IMG/VR virus record: IMGVR_UViG_3300037859_000002
Coordinates: 32,001 to 96,000 of that record
Length of the DNA stretch: 64,000 nucleotides
Reading direction: 5' to 3' (one strand)
Source of the DNA: a virus
In this document: positions 1 to 8,912 of the stretch, piece after piece
Layout: each line of letters starts with the position of its first letter
Numbering within the stretch: position 1 is the first letter of the stretch
Translations under genes and position numbers: made by a program
The notes under the pieces: model-generated
Told to the model about the DNA's origin: nothing
The model's database searches: none
The model's input: only the letters and a program-made list of their open reading frames with translations

Positions 1-56
1 GATGAGCGGAAACGACAACAGGGCCCCCCGTCGAATTGACGGAGGAGCCCTGTTGC

Positions 57-452
57 TCATACCACTTTCACGTGCCTGTAGGCCCGCTCCAACCACTCCT
101 CGGCTGCGGTCAGCAGATGATGGCGGTAGCGGTAACTGCCCACGGCATCCCGAGCCTGCTGGCCGGTCGTGCCGTTGAGCATGATCAGGCTGGTGGGCGG
201 GTAGTCCGCGTAGGGTCGGGCCAGCAGCTCGCGCCACCCGACGTGAAACCAGATGATCGCCCCCGAAAGCCGATCGCCGAGCGCGCGCTCCACCAGGCGG
301 AGGGGCAGCGGCATCAGCGTCCGGATGTTCGTCTCGGGCAGGTCGACCAACAGGATGTCGGTGCTGGTGTCGATCATGCGCTGGATCGCGACCAGGAAGT
401 GGGCGGGATCGTCGTCGGATCCCAGACGCACGGTCATCAGTTCAACGTTCAT
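57..452 (-). CDS. hypothetical protein (early cluster 1)
   Basis: ORF MNVELMTVRL...; start moved to the ATG at 452, which follows a GGAG RBS lying inside hammerhead 458-532. Confidence 0.7.
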   Translation of the reverse strand: MNVELMTVRLGSDDDPAHFLVAIQRMIDTSTDILLVDLPETNIRTLMPLPLRLVERALGDRLSGAIIWFHVGWRELLARPYADYPPTSLIMLNGTTGQQARDAVGSYRYRHHLLTAAEEWLERAYRHVKVV

Positions 453-457
453 GGTGT

Positions 458-532
458 CTCCACTGATCACGCGCCCCGTGTGGGCGCGAGGCACGACCCA
501 CCCGGATGGGGGTGGGCCGGCCTTTCGTGGAG
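458..532 (-). ncRNA. type II hammerhead ribozyme-like element, G3-C8 core variant
   Basis: minus strand: CTCCAC GAA A GGC[hairpin]GCC T C GCGCCC ACACG GGGCGC GTGATCA GTGGAG; three stems, CUC triplet, core GUGAUCA. Confidence 0.75.
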
Positions 533-533
533 C

Positions 534-1703
534 CTAGGCCTTGGCCATCAGGTCGCCCGCGCGGCGTTCGAAGGCCACGCGTTCGTCCTGATAAGGGATG
601 GTCCGCGCGTGCGCGGTCATGCCCTGCACGACGTCCCAGATAGACGTCATCGGGTGCCCCTCCTCGCGGAGAACGGTCTCGATGATGTCTTTGGTGGTCG
701 GCTTCGGCAGGCCGAGCTTCTTGTGCAGAAACTCGAAACGCTGATCATCGTCCTTGGCGACAACCGTTGCCTTGGCGTCGATGACCTTGCTGGTCACCGC
801 GTTCGCCGCGGTGTGGGCAAAGCTCTCGATCTGGGGCTGTACCTCGTGGATGAACCGGTCGGGTGCACCGCTCGTGTGACGGATAGTGATCGACTTGTGG
901 TTCTCGGTGCCCCAAAGGCAGCGGTTCTGACAGACGGCGCGCAGATACATCGTCTGGATGTTCAGCGCTCGGCTTCCGGTCTCCGAATTGGAGACGATGA
1001 TGCCCGGGAACAGCAGGTCCGGCTGTCCGTCGGGGAGTTTGCCGACCTCGATCGGGAACTGATCGCGGCACAGGAAGATGAAGACATCGCGGTCCGAGGC
1101 GTACAGTGTGGTCGTCGCCTTGGTGACATCGACGTTGGGGTTGTAGGTCATCCGGCCCCAGTCGATGACGCCCGGCACCTTCCAGCTTTCGTCGAGACGC
1201 TCGTTGATGGCGCGGGCCACATCCAGGTCGAGGATGCGGCCATAGCCCGGGCTGGTGGCGGCTCGCAGCTGATCCGGCCCGCCCGCCTGATCTTCCTGCC
1301 AGAAGAGCTTCAGCACCTCGGCCGGGCTTTTGACCAGGCCATGCTGAAGACAGAGCCCGGAAAGAAAGGCCGGGATCTTGCGCAGGTAGGCGGCGGGCGA
1401 CTGGGTCCAGGTGCAGAGCTGCCCGAAAGCCCAGTGCGTCATCTGCATCTGGGCTCCACCGTCACGCTCGAGCAGGAGCGTATGGTTGTCGTCCGGGTTG
1501 GCGCTGACGCGCAGCTTCTTCGACTCGAAGGTGTTGGTTCGCGACAGGTCGGTCCGGTCGTGGAGGCTCGAGATGAGCGCATCCATCGACAGGAATTTCT
1601 GGTCATCAGGTCGTGAGAACCATTGCTGGCTCACGCTGGTGTTCAGGCTGCCGCGGGAGGCGGTGACAGCACGTACCCCAACGAGTGTGGTGTCAGTGTT
1701 CAT
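534..1703 (-). CDS. DUF932-family protein
   Basis: motifs LYASDRDVFIFL and NSETGSRAL...YLRAVCQNRCLWG...IRHTSGA typical of DUF932; AAGGAG RBS before the ATG at 1703. Confidence 0.75.
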   Translation of the reverse strand: MNTDTTLVGVRAVTASRGSLNTSVSQQWFSRPDDQKFLSMDALISSLHDRTDLSRTNTFESKKLRVSANPDDNHTLLLERDGGAQMQMTHWAFGQLCTWTQSPAAYLRKIPAFLSGLCLQHGLVKSPAEVLKLFWQEDQAGGPDQLRAATSPGYGRILDLDVARAINERLDESWKVPGVIDWGRMTYNPNVDVTKATTTLYASDRDVFIFLCRDQFPIEVGKLPDGQPDLLFPGIIVSNSETGSRALNIQTMYLRAVCQNRCLWGTENHKSITIRHTSGAPDRFIHEVQPQIESFAHTAANAVTSKVIDAKATVVAKDDDQRFEFLHKKLGLPKPTTKDIIETVLREEGHPMTSIWDVVQGMTAHARTIPYQDERVAFERRAGDLMAKA

Positions 1704-1749
1704 CGGTAGCTCCTTGTTGGGTGCGGCGGGTGGCGCGCCCAGGGGTGAT

Positions 1750-1833
1750 CCCGCGGCGCCGCCCACACAACCATGTGGTTGTGGGGCGCGCGCTTCGGCC
1801 GCCCCCGGGGTTGGGGGCGCCTCGTCAGGCGGG
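1750..1833 (-). ncRNA. type I hammerhead-like element, G15.1-C16.1 variant
   Basis: CCCGC CTGACGA GGCGCCCCC..GGGGGCGGCC GAA GCGC[long hairpin]GCGC C GCGGG; the core TGA is the stop codon of the upstream gene. Confidence 0.6.
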
Positions 1834-2193
1834 TGGTGCGCTCCGCTTCAGGATCTTGTCGGCGTTCCGGAGGAAGTGCGTTTTGTTGTTCAAGAAGGGA
1901 GTGAACAGGTCCTCGCTCTGACTCTCGGTAAGGCCAAAGAACTTGGCCAGCCTGGGGTCATCGCATCCGTAGATGGACCGACCGTCAATCTTTGGGACCT
2001 TGGAAGGCCGGATAAGGGTCAGGCCCTCGGCTTGCATTTCGGGCGTAAGGCCCGCATGGCCGATGACACAGCCAACGGTGCCGCAGCCTCCTTCAACCCC
2101 GAAACGGTAGATCCAGGTGCTCATCCTGACCTGGTCTTCGGGTATGCCGTCGATCAGGTCGCGCACGAATTTCAGTCTCTCGTAGGGTGTCAT
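1825..2193 (-). CDS. small CG(T/S)xxCxxGH-motif protein, paralog 1
   Basis: MTPYERL...CGTVGCVIGHAG...PEMQAEGL; similar to ORFs at 3657, 16825 and 17828. Confidence 0.8.
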   Translation of the reverse strand: MTPYERLKFVRDLIDGIPEDQVRMSTWIYRFGVEGGCGTVGCVIGHAGLTPEMQAEGLTLIRPSKVPKIDGRSIYGCDDPRLAKFFGLTESQSEDLFTPFLNNKTHFLRNADKILKRSAPPA

Positions 2194-2203
2194 TTCGTGT
2201 TTC

Positions 2204-2254
2204 CCTTTCGCCGCTGCTGGCGGCTCATCAGCTCGCACGCGGTGTGCGAGAAGG
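2204..2254 (-). ncRNA. type III hammerhead ribozyme
   Basis: CCT T CTCGCAC ACCGC GTGCGAG CTGATGA GCCGC CAGCA GCGGC GAA AGG; canonical core, short stem III. Confidence 0.8.
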
Positions 2255-2277
2255 CCCGGGGGCGGTGCCCCGGGGGC

Positions 2278-2715
2278 TCAGTCTTCGGCTGTTAGCGGTC
2301 GGTCCGCGTCATTCCAGGCACTCAGAGCGCTCATGAAGGCCCCGTGGGTCTCCAGGGCCCTGCCCTCGGGCTGGTGGCGCATCTCGCTCGCACCGCTCGA
2401 GAATTCTTCGACCAGGTCCGCCGACCAGGCGGCCTCTGCGTCCAAGACGCTCTGGTAGAGCGGATGCCGCTCTTTCGGCGCTTCCGGTCTGGCGTATTCC
2501 TCGGCTTCGAGTTGCTTCGCGATGACGAGTGTCTGCGCGGGCGTAACCTCAGAGCAGAGGTATTCATCCAGCGCGGTCTGGGCCAAGAGGCACGCCAAGC
2601 TGAGTGGGCACCGGGTCTCCACCGATCCCGGCAGGGATGCCTGCACGAGTTGGAGTGCCCGCGTGGCGCGCGCGACCTGCAGGAGGTCGTTGATGTCAGG
2701 ATCCAGGTTGCTCAT
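2278..2715 (-). CDS. hypothetical protein
   Basis: 145-aa ORF with coding-like composition, coupled to the upstream ORF by ATGA overlap. Confidence 0.65.
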   Translation of the reverse strand: MSNLDPDINDLLQVARATRALQLVQASLPGSVETRCPLSLACLLAQTALDEYLCSEVTPAQTLVIAKQLEAEEYARPEAPKERHPLYQSVLDAEAAWSADLVEEFSSGASEMRHQPEGRALETHGAFMSALSAWNDADRPLTAED

Positions 2716-2927
2716 TGAGGGAGCCCCAGATTCGCTTTGTCGACGAAGATGCGTACTTTCGGATCCAGCCGATACACATGCACGTCGAGCATGCCATCGT
2801 CCTGGCGGCGGAAACTGATCAGGCCGCCAAGGCCGGTCTTGCGATCGGTGAACTCAACGATGCGCTCTCTCGACTTGTCGGTGAAACTATCGGCCTGACA
2901 CTTCGTCAATACGAGAGGTCTTGGCAT
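2712..2927 (-). CDS. hypothetical protein
   Basis: 71-aa ORF starting just after hammerhead 2932-2992. Confidence 0.7.
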   Translation of the reverse strand: MPRPLVLTKCQADSFTDKSRERIVEFTDRKTGLGGLISFRRQDDGMLDVHVYRLDPKVRIFVDKANLGLPQ

Positions 2928-2931
2928 GGTC

Positions 2932-2992
2932 TTGCCTTTCGCGCGCCCGGTCTGGGGCGCTCATCAGCGCACATTTATATGTGCGAAGGCAA
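2932..2992 (-). ncRNA. type III hammerhead ribozyme with a CACAT-N4-ATGTG palindrome as stem I
   Basis: TTGCCT T CGCACAT ATAA ATGTGCG CTGATGA GCGC..GCGC GAA AGGCAA; canonical core, 6-bp stem III. Confidence 0.85.
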
Positions 2993-3024
2993 TGCCCCCA
3001 GGGCAAGGTCCCCGGGGGCATGGA

Positions 3025-3582
3025 TCAGCGGGCCGGGATCTTGCCCTTGTGGGCCTCGACCCGTCGGCGGATCGTTGACGCAAGCTCCGCGTACTCGCGG
3101 TTCACGGTCGCGGTCGCGTCGTTCAGCACCTGGTCGTCGGTCGGGCACTGGATGCTCGCCGTCGCCGGGTTCTGCTCGAGATACTGCGCCAGGGACACCC
3201 GCTGCTCATAGGCCATGCAGGTCATGCTGGCCCAGATGAAGAGCCGGCCCAGCCCCTCAGGGAGCGGGGCCTCCAAGCCTGGTGCATACAGGGCGCAGCA
3301 GATCTCCGCGGGGGCGCAGATCCAGGGCCGGAACCCGTAAACGATTTCCAGCCGCTGCGCGCGCACCTGTTTCGGGATGAAGGGCGGAATGTCCTTCTCC
3401 CAGCCGCCGCCGGGCTGGATGATCACGGGCCCGGTGACGTAGTGCTGATCGGCCTTGCTGAGGCCGGCGATGCCCATGGCTTCGTTGAGCTGCAACAGGA
3501 AGGCGGCGCTCATGCCCATGTGGGCCATGGCGCTCTGCAGTCGCAGGACGTCCATCGACATCGGCGTCTGCTGTGGTTTCAT
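3025..3582 (-). CDS. hypothetical protein
   Basis: ORF MKPQQTPMSM...; GAGGA RBS formed by the hammerhead core. Confidence 0.7.
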   Translation of the reverse strand: MKPQQTPMSMDVLRLQSAMAHMGMSAAFLLQLNEAMGIAGLSKADQHYVTGPVIIQPGGGWEKDIPPFIPKQVRAQRLEIVYGFRPWICAPAEICCALYAPGLEAPLPEGLGRLFIWASMTCMAYEQRVSLAQYLEQNPATASIQCPTDDQVLNDATATVNREYAELASTIRRRVEAHKGKIPAR

Positions 3583-3587
3583 CGGAG

Positions 3588-3659
3588 TGATCCTCATCAG
3601 CGCCGGCGGATCGCCGGCCGAGCTCGCGGCCGCACGCGGCGGCCGGAGCTTTCGGATCA
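3588..3659 (-). ncRNA. type II hammerhead ribozyme
   Basis: TGATCC GAA A GCTC[hairpin]GAGC T C G GCCGGCG ATC CGCCGGC G CTGATGA GGATCA; G.G mismatch at 1.1/2.1. Confidence 0.8.
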
Positions 3660-4031
3660 GTCTTCAACAGGCTCTTCGAGCAGTCGGTCCATCAGAGCGA
3701 GCTGCCGGGCCTTGGTCAGTTCGGAGGTGCGGTCATTTTCGATGTAGAACAAGGTCCGTGCCGCGGCCTCACTGATGCCAAAGAATACGGCCAGGGCCGT
3801 GTCCGTAGCGGTCCACCCATGAAGGGTAAGGAGCCGCTGCGGGGACAGCTTCAGTCCTTCGGCTTGAAGGACCGGATCCATGCCGCCGTGGCCGGCGATG
3901 CAAGCCACGGTGCCGCAAACGGATTGCCACTTGTTCATGTCGATCAACATGGCCGGCGTCTCGGCAATGATCTCGCGGAGGCGGGCGAGACGCTGCCGCG
4001 GCCTCAGGCTTGGAATGGTTCCACTTCCCAT
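3657..4031 (-). CDS. small CG(T/S)xxCxxGH-motif protein, paralog 2
   Basis: PRQRLARLREII...CGTVACIAGHGGMDPVLQAEGL. Confidence 0.8.
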   Translation of the reverse strand: MGSGTIPSLRPRQRLARLREIIAETPAMLIDMNKWQSVCGTVACIAGHGGMDPVLQAEGLKLSPQRLLTLHGWTATDTALAVFFGISEAAARTLFYIENDRTSELTKARQLALMDRLLEEPVED

Positions 4032-4035
4032 CGGG

Positions 4036-4107
4036 TGATCCTCTTCATGGGGATGATTCCCCGACCGTTCCCCCTGAGTCAAAGCCCAGGGGGCCGGTTT
4101 CGGATCA
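4036..4107 (-). ncRNA. type II hammerhead-like element, C3A variant
   Basis: TGATCC GAA A CCG[hairpin]CGG T C GGGGA ATCA TCCCC ATGAAGA GGATCA. Confidence 0.7.
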
Positions 4108-4596
4108 GTAGCCATTGCCCACTTCGGTGACGTGGGCGTGCCGCACGTCGTTGGGGCTGAGCTCGACCGCCGCGCGGTCGCGCAGGTGGTCGAGCATATC
4201 GGCCCAGACGCGGCTGGACGGATCGTCCATGCCGGCCTCTGCCAGGTCGGCGGCCTTGACCCGGTCGGGAGCCTCGATCGTGGTGGTGAAGCGCAGGACC
4301 GTGGTGAGCGTGACATCGATGGTCACCTCGTGCCTGGTCTTTGTCGTCCCCGCCACGATCTGCGCGCACAGTGCCTCGAAATCGAGGCGGTCGAGCATCT
4401 CGTCCCCAGCCTGGTAGGCGCGAACGATGAGGACCCTGTTGTCGGACAGCAGGGTCGTCGGGACCGCGCCGGTCTTGGCCCTGAGATAGGCCGCGACCGG
4501 CGCCTCGGTTCCGTCGCTCATGCGCGCCAGGTAGGTCTTGAGGTCCATCGCCGACGGGCAGTTGCTCTCGTCGACGACGGTGACGTCGTAGTTCAT
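4105..4596 (-). CDS. hypothetical protein
   Basis: 163-aa ORF with GAGGAG RBS. Confidence 0.75.
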   Translation of the reverse strand: MNYDVTVVDESNCPSAMDLKTYLARMSDGTEAPVAAYLRAKTGAVPTTLLSDNRVLIVRAYQAGDEMLDRLDFEALCAQIVAGTTKTRHEVTIDVTLTTVLRFTTTIEAPDRVKAADLAEAGMDDPSSRVWADMLDHLRDRAAVELSPNDVRHAHVTEVGNGY

Positions 4597-4600
4597 GGGA

Positions 4601-4669
4601 TGAGCTCCTCTGGTCCGTTATTGGACGAGGCGGGCGCCGCCCATCGGGCGACGGCGCGCCTTTCGCTCA
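4601..4669 (-). ncRNA. type II hammerhead-like element, U4A variant
   Basis: TGAGC GAA A GGCG[hairpin]CGCC T C GTCC AATAAC GGAC CAGAGGA GCTCA. Confidence 0.7.
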
Positions 4670-5371
4670 CTCCTCTCGACCATGGTGCAGCTCGTGCTGC
4701 AGCAGGTCGCGATGGTGCAGGTACTCCGAGTGGTGGGCCTCGAGGATTGCGTCGCTGGCGACGAGCCTGATGTTGTTGCCCAGGCCGGCGCGCTGATCCA
4801 GCAGCAGCTGCTGCAGGCAGGCGAGCAGGTCGAAATCGACGTGCTCGCTCTGCTTCGACGCCCGGGACCAGGCGGTCATGCGCGCCTTTGCCTCCTCGGC
4901 GGAGGAGGCGCGCACAAACACCGGGTAGGTGAACTCGGGGAGCTGCAGGGTGGCGGTGACCGCGTAGAGGCGTTCACCCCCTCTGAGCTGGCCGAGCAGG
5001 CCCTCGGTGGCCCTGTTTTGCGGCACGGCCTCGAAGGGCCGGTCGCCGTGCTCGGGGTGATCGTCGATCGCGCTCATGTTTGCGATCGAGGCGATCGGGT
5101 CGGGGTTGTCGTCGTCGCCTTCCCTGGATGTCCAGTCGGTACCCCGGAGCATACGCCAAACCTGGCGGAAGCTGGGGTCTGCCATGGTGTCTGGCGCGAC
5201 GCTCATTTGTCGGCCGTCATGGGTGGCGACGAGGACCGGGTCCCCGGTGGCGGTGGCGTTGATCACCGCGAGCTTCTCGCGCGCGGTGGCCGCCAGTGCG
5301 ATCGCCTTGTCGAGATCGACGTACTCGAAATCATCGGGCCCGTCCTCGAAGGCGATGGTGCAGAGTTCCAT
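4667..5371 (-). CDS. hypothetical protein (acidic)
   Basis: 234-aa ORF with GAGGA RBS. Confidence 0.75.
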   Translation of the reverse strand: MELCTIAFEDGPDDFEYVDLDKAIALAATAREKLAVINATATGDPVLVATHDGRQMSVAPDTMADPSFRQVWRMLRGTDWTSREGDDDNPDPIASIANMSAIDDHPEHGDRPFEAVPQNRATEGLLGQLRGGERLYAVTATLQLPEFTYPVFVRASSAEEAKARMTAWSRASKQSEHVDFDLLACLQQLLLDQRAGLGNNIRLVASDAILEAHHSEYLHHRDLLQHELHHGREE

Positions 5372-5376
5372 GCGGT

Positions 5377-5444
5377 CCTCTTGTCAATGAGCGGGATTGC
5401 TCATGAGCGCCAGGCCCCGCATTGGGGGCCTGGGGCTTTCGAGG
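5377..5444 (-). ncRNA. type II hammerhead-like element, U3-A8 variant
   Basis: CCTC GAA A GC[hairpin]GC T C A TGAGC AATCCC GCTCA TTGACAA GAGG; same AATCCC loop and extra base as element 17194-17262. Confidence 0.65.
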
Positions 5445-5858
5445 GTCAGCGTGGCTTGGGCGCCTTGCGTGGCTGGCGCCTGGGCGCCGAGCGACGAAGG
5501 AGCGGGGGCCAGCCCGGGCTCATGGTCCGGGATGGCTGGGCGAGCCGCGTGGCCAGCCGGATGGGCTGGCTCAGTCGCAGCGTCGGTGGTCGGTCTGGGT
5601 CCATGGGTGACCTCATCGGCGGCGCGGGATTGCGCCGGAGCGCCTGGGCGCTTTCGGTCACATCTCTGATATGGGGATTGGCCCGCTCGGGTGCAACCGC
5701 GATTCCATGGTTGTGGAATCAGTGGTGGAGGCGTAGGGTCTGCGTCTCGCCCAAAGAGGCGACGGCCCCGGTTTGAACGCCCGGGGCCGTCCATATCTCG
5801 GGCCGGAGCGACATCCGGCGGCGAGCGCGCTGGCCCAGTAGACGCTGGGCTTGGCCCA

Positions 5859-5887
5859 TACATATTGCGTGTGGACCGGGCGTGCAA
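5859..5887 (-). promoter_or_regulatory. putative sigma70-type promoter for leftward cluster 1
   Basis: TTGCAC-N17-TATGTA on the minus strand in an AT-richer divergent gap. Confidence 0.5.
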
Positions 5888-5920
5888 GTGAAAATCTGGT
5901 ATCAGGCCGCGTCTACGGCT

Positions 5921-5934
5921 CACATTTAGATGTG
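5921..5934. promoter_or_regulatory. operator-like palindrome CACAT-N4-ATGTG
   Basis: CACATTTAGATGTG next to the RBS of the initiator gene; recurs across the window. Confidence 0.75.
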
Positions 5935-5944
5935 AGGTGCTGCC

Positions 5945-6991
5945 GTGAACGTCTCGTACATCAATTTCGTCGCCACGGGCTGGGCCTGGGCGCAGCCGAC
6001 CGCGAATGCTGGGGCCAAGCTGCTGCTGCTGGCCCTGGCCGGCCACGCTGACCCGTGGGGGAGCGCCCGCCCGGCGCTGCCCCGGTTGCAGGCGCTGACC
6101 GGGCTGTCGCGCTCCGGTCTGTTCAAGGCCATGGCCGAACTCGAAACCCTGGGCCTGATCAAGAAGCGCTCGGGCGGCGGGGTCGTCAATGAATACATTC
6201 TCAAGTGGGATGGGGAGCCCGGCCCGTTCGTGGTGCTGACCGAGCCTGCGGCACCCGTCCCCCCAGTGGACGGGGGGGTCCGCCCAGTGGACGGGCCTCC
6301 CCAGAGTGAACGGGTCCACTCGGTGGACTCACCCCGTCCACTCGGTGGACTCCACCCGTCCACTCGGTGGACTCAACCCGTCCACTCGGTGGACTCCACC
6401 CGTCCACCCAGTGCACCCGAAGATATTAGAGAAGAGATAAGGGAAGAGATAAGGGAAGAGATTAGGGAAGAGAACAACAGCGCGCGTGCGCGCGCGACCA
6501 CTCTCGCGGGGGCGCCCGAACCCGCCGCCGGTCCCGCGGTGACACCCCCTGCCGCTGAGGAGGTCTGCGACGCGACCAGTACCCCGGAAAAACCGCGAAG
6601 GTCAAAGATTCCTAGTCGCGTGCCTTCGGGCGACCTGCCGGCCGAATGGCTCAGCGCAGCCAACGCCGGTCGCGCCAAGCTCGGCCTCCCCGAAATCGGC
6701 GCCCGCGAGGCCATCGCCCGATGGCTCAACTTCCAGGCCTTCTGGGAGGGCGTCACCGGCCCCAAGGGCCTGAAGGTCGACTGGCGTCGCTGCTGGCTCG
6801 AGGGTGCGCGCAACCCCAAGGCCGACCACCACTACGAGGATTTCGCCCAGCCCGACGCTGAGGAGCCGCCGGCGCCGCGGACCGACCACCAGGCGGACGC
6901 CGAGTTCCTGACCGATCCTGAATTCGGGGCCCGCAACCGCGCCAAGCTCGCGCTGCTCGAATCCCTGGTCGCCGGGAGGTCCCGCCTGTGA
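5945..6991 (+). CDS. phage replication initiator (N-terminal HTH, internal ori)
   Basis: N-terminal AKLLLLALAGHAD...PALPRLQALTGLSRSGL HTH; internal iterons; C-terminal FQAFW...DWRRCW; directly upstream of the primase-helicase. Confidence 0.8.
   Translation: MNVSYINFVATGWAWAQPTANAGAKLLLLALAGHADPWGSARPALPRLQALTGLSRSGLFKAMAELETLGLIKKRSGGGVVNEYILKWDGEPGPFVVLTEPAAPVPPVDGGVRPVDGPPQSERVHSVDSPRPLGGLHPSTRWTQPVHSVDSTRPPSAPEDIREEIREEIREEIREENNSARARATTLAGAPEPAAGPAVTPPAAEEVCDATSTPEKPRRSKIPSRVPSGDLPAEWLSAANAGRAKLGLPEIGAREAIARWLNFQAFWEGVTGPKGLKVDWRRCWLEGARNPKADHHYEDFAQPDAEEPPAPRTDHQADAEFLTDPEFGARNRAKLALLESLVAGRSRL
6314..6476 (+). repeat. origin of replication: four 22-bp iterons (GTCCACTCGGTGGACTC core) plus a purine-rich 12-bp repeat tract
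   Basis: repeats at 6314, 6336, 6358, 6380 and a partial copy at 6402; then GAAGAGAT(A/T)AGG-type repeats; lambda-O-like arrangement. Confidence 0.75.
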
Positions 6992-8853
6992 CGGCACTCG
7001 ACCTGCACGCGGCCCTCGATCGCGAGGGCATCCGGATCCCCGCGACCACGCCGGGCAAGACCTTCGATGCGCTGTGCCCCCGCTGCAACGGCGGTCGCGC
7101 CCGGGAACGGAACTTCCGGGTCACGATCGACGACGACGGCAAGGGCGCCGTCTGGCTCTGCAACCGGGCGAACAACTGCGGTTGGACCGACAGCGTCCGC
7201 ACCGGCCCCCGGGATCCGAGTGCGCCGCGCGCGCGCAAGGACCGGGCCCCGCCGGTAAAGCCCGAACCGATCCCGCCCGAGCAGCAGGATCGGCGCCTGC
7301 CGCTCTACGCCTGGTGGGCCAGGCGCCGGATCTCGGCCGAAACCGTGGACGCCCTGGGCGTGTTCACGACGTCCATGCGGTTGCCGCGTTTCGATGCCGA
7401 GGGGCGCCCCGTGCTGGATGACCAGGGCAAGCCCGTCTGGCAGGACCAGGAGGCCATGGTGTTCCCCTACGTGCACCACGGCGAGGTCGTGAACCACAAA
7501 TACCGCTGGTCGCCCAAGAAATTCCGCCAGGATCGACACAGCCGGCGCACGCTCTTCAACGCCGACAGCCTCGAGGCCGACGATCTGGGGATCATCGTCG
7601 AGGGTGAGGCCGATGTGCTGGCCCTGTGGGAGGCCGGGTACCGTCAGGTCGTCTCCCTGCCCGATGGGGCGCCCCCCCGGGTCAGCGACACCTATGACCC
7701 GGAGAATGACGATGACGACCGGTATGAGGCGCTGCGGACCGAGGAGCGCTTCCAGCGTCTGAAGCGCATCGTCATCGCCGTCGATACCGACGACGCGGGC
7801 CGGGCGCACGCCGAGGAGATCGCGCGCCGCATGGGCAAGGAGCGCTGCTGGCTCGTGGAGTGGCCCCGCAAGGACGGGGGCGACGTGCTGCGCGAGCTTG
7901 GGCCCGAGGCCGTGCGTGCCGCGGTCGAGGGCGCGCGACCCTATCCGATGCCGGGCATCCTCGATGGGCGGGCCCTGGGCGAGCGCGTGGCCGCCGAGCG
8001 CCAGGGCCAGCGCGATACCGGCTATGCCTGCGGGATCGACGATCTGGATGGCCTGTTCCGGTTCTCGCGCGAGGAGGGCACCTTCGCGGTCGTCACGGGC
8101 GTGCCCGGCTACGGCAAGACCGTGACCACGATCGCCTACTCCGTGTTGTTGGCCGAGCAGGCTGATGCGCGGGGCGAGCCCTGGCACACGCTGATCTGCT
8201 CGCCCGAGATGCGGGCCGTCGATCTGGTGAAGAACATCGTCGCGGCCAAGGCGCGCCAGCCCTTCTACGATGGCAAGAGCGGCCCGGGCATTGCCCCCGA
8301 GGACCTGCCGGCGCTGATGGACTGGGTCAACGCGCACTACACGTTCCTGGAGCCTGACGATGCGGCCGATGATCCGACGCTCGACTGGATCATCGAGTGT
8401 GTGCGCCTGTCGCATCGCCGGAACCGGACCAGGCTGGCGATCATCGATCCCTGGAACGAGATCGAGATCGGCTACCCGCCCGACAGGAGGATGACCAACG
8501 ACGAGTGGATTGCGAAGCAGTTGCAGCGGATCCGCAAGCTCGTGGTCGAGCTCGCCTGTTCGGTCGTGGTGGTCGCCCACCCGAAGAAGATCGAGCGCGA
8601 GAAGAAGGGGGGTAAGCTCAGGGTGCCGACCGGCTACGACATCGCCTACTCGGCGGGCTGGAACAACAAGCCCCAACTGGGGATCACCGTGCACCGGGCG
8701 GAGCACGACAAGACCGACGAGCTGGAGTTTCACGTCTGGAAGGCCAGGCAGGGTCATCTGTCGAAGCGCGACAAGGTGGTCGTGCGGTTCAGCCCGGTGA
8801 CCAAGCGGTTGCTGCCCAAGATGACTCCGGTCGCCTATGGCGCGGTCGGATAA
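6988..8853 (+). CDS. primase-helicase (T7 gp4/Twinkle-like: Zn finger, TOPRIM, SF4 helicase)
   Basis: CPRC...CNRANNC; VEGEADVLAL; DTDDAG; Walker A GVPGYGKT; IIDPWN; VAHPKK. Confidence 0.9.
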   Translation: MTALDLHAALDREGIRIPATTPGKTFDALCPRCNGGRARERNFRVTIDDDGKGAVWLCNRANNCGWTDSVRTGPRDPSAPRARKDRAPPVKPEPIPPEQQDRRLPLYAWWARRRISAETVDALGVFTTSMRLPRFDAEGRPVLDDQGKPVWQDQEAMVFPYVHHGEVVNHKYRWSPKKFRQDRHSRRTLFNADSLEADDLGIIVEGEADVLALWEAGYRQVVSLPDGAPPRVSDTYDPENDDDDRYEALRTEERFQRLKRIVIAVDTDDAGRAHAEEIARRMGKERCWLVEWPRKDGGDVLRELGPEAVRAAVEGARPYPMPGILDGRALGERVAAERQGQRDTGYACGIDDLDGLFRFSREEGTFAVVTGVPGYGKTVTTIAYSVLLAEQADARGEPWHTLICSPEMRAVDLVKNIVAAKARQPFYDGKSGPGIAPEDLPALMDWVNAHYTFLEPDDAADDPTLDWIIECVRLSHRRNRTRLAIIDPWNEIEIGYPPDRRMTNDEWIAKQLQRIRKLVVELACSVVVVAHPKKIEREKKGGKLRVPTGYDIAYSAGWNNKPQLGITVHRAEHDKTDELEFHVWKARQGHLSKRDKVVVRFSPVTKRLLPKMTPVAYGAVG

Positions 8854-8912
8854 CACACACAGATGTCTTTTCTGGCCTTGGCGCCACATTCAAGTGTGTC
8901 TATCATGCGCAG

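Noticed and set aside
5382-5387. TTGACA as a -35 box
   Set aside because: No -10 element at the right spacing; better explained as the U3-A8 hammerhead core
5446-5661. 71-aa minus-strand ORF whose stop abuts hammerhead 5377
   Set aside because: Pro/Arg-rich low-information sequence with no clear RBS; may be an untranslated leader, so not called
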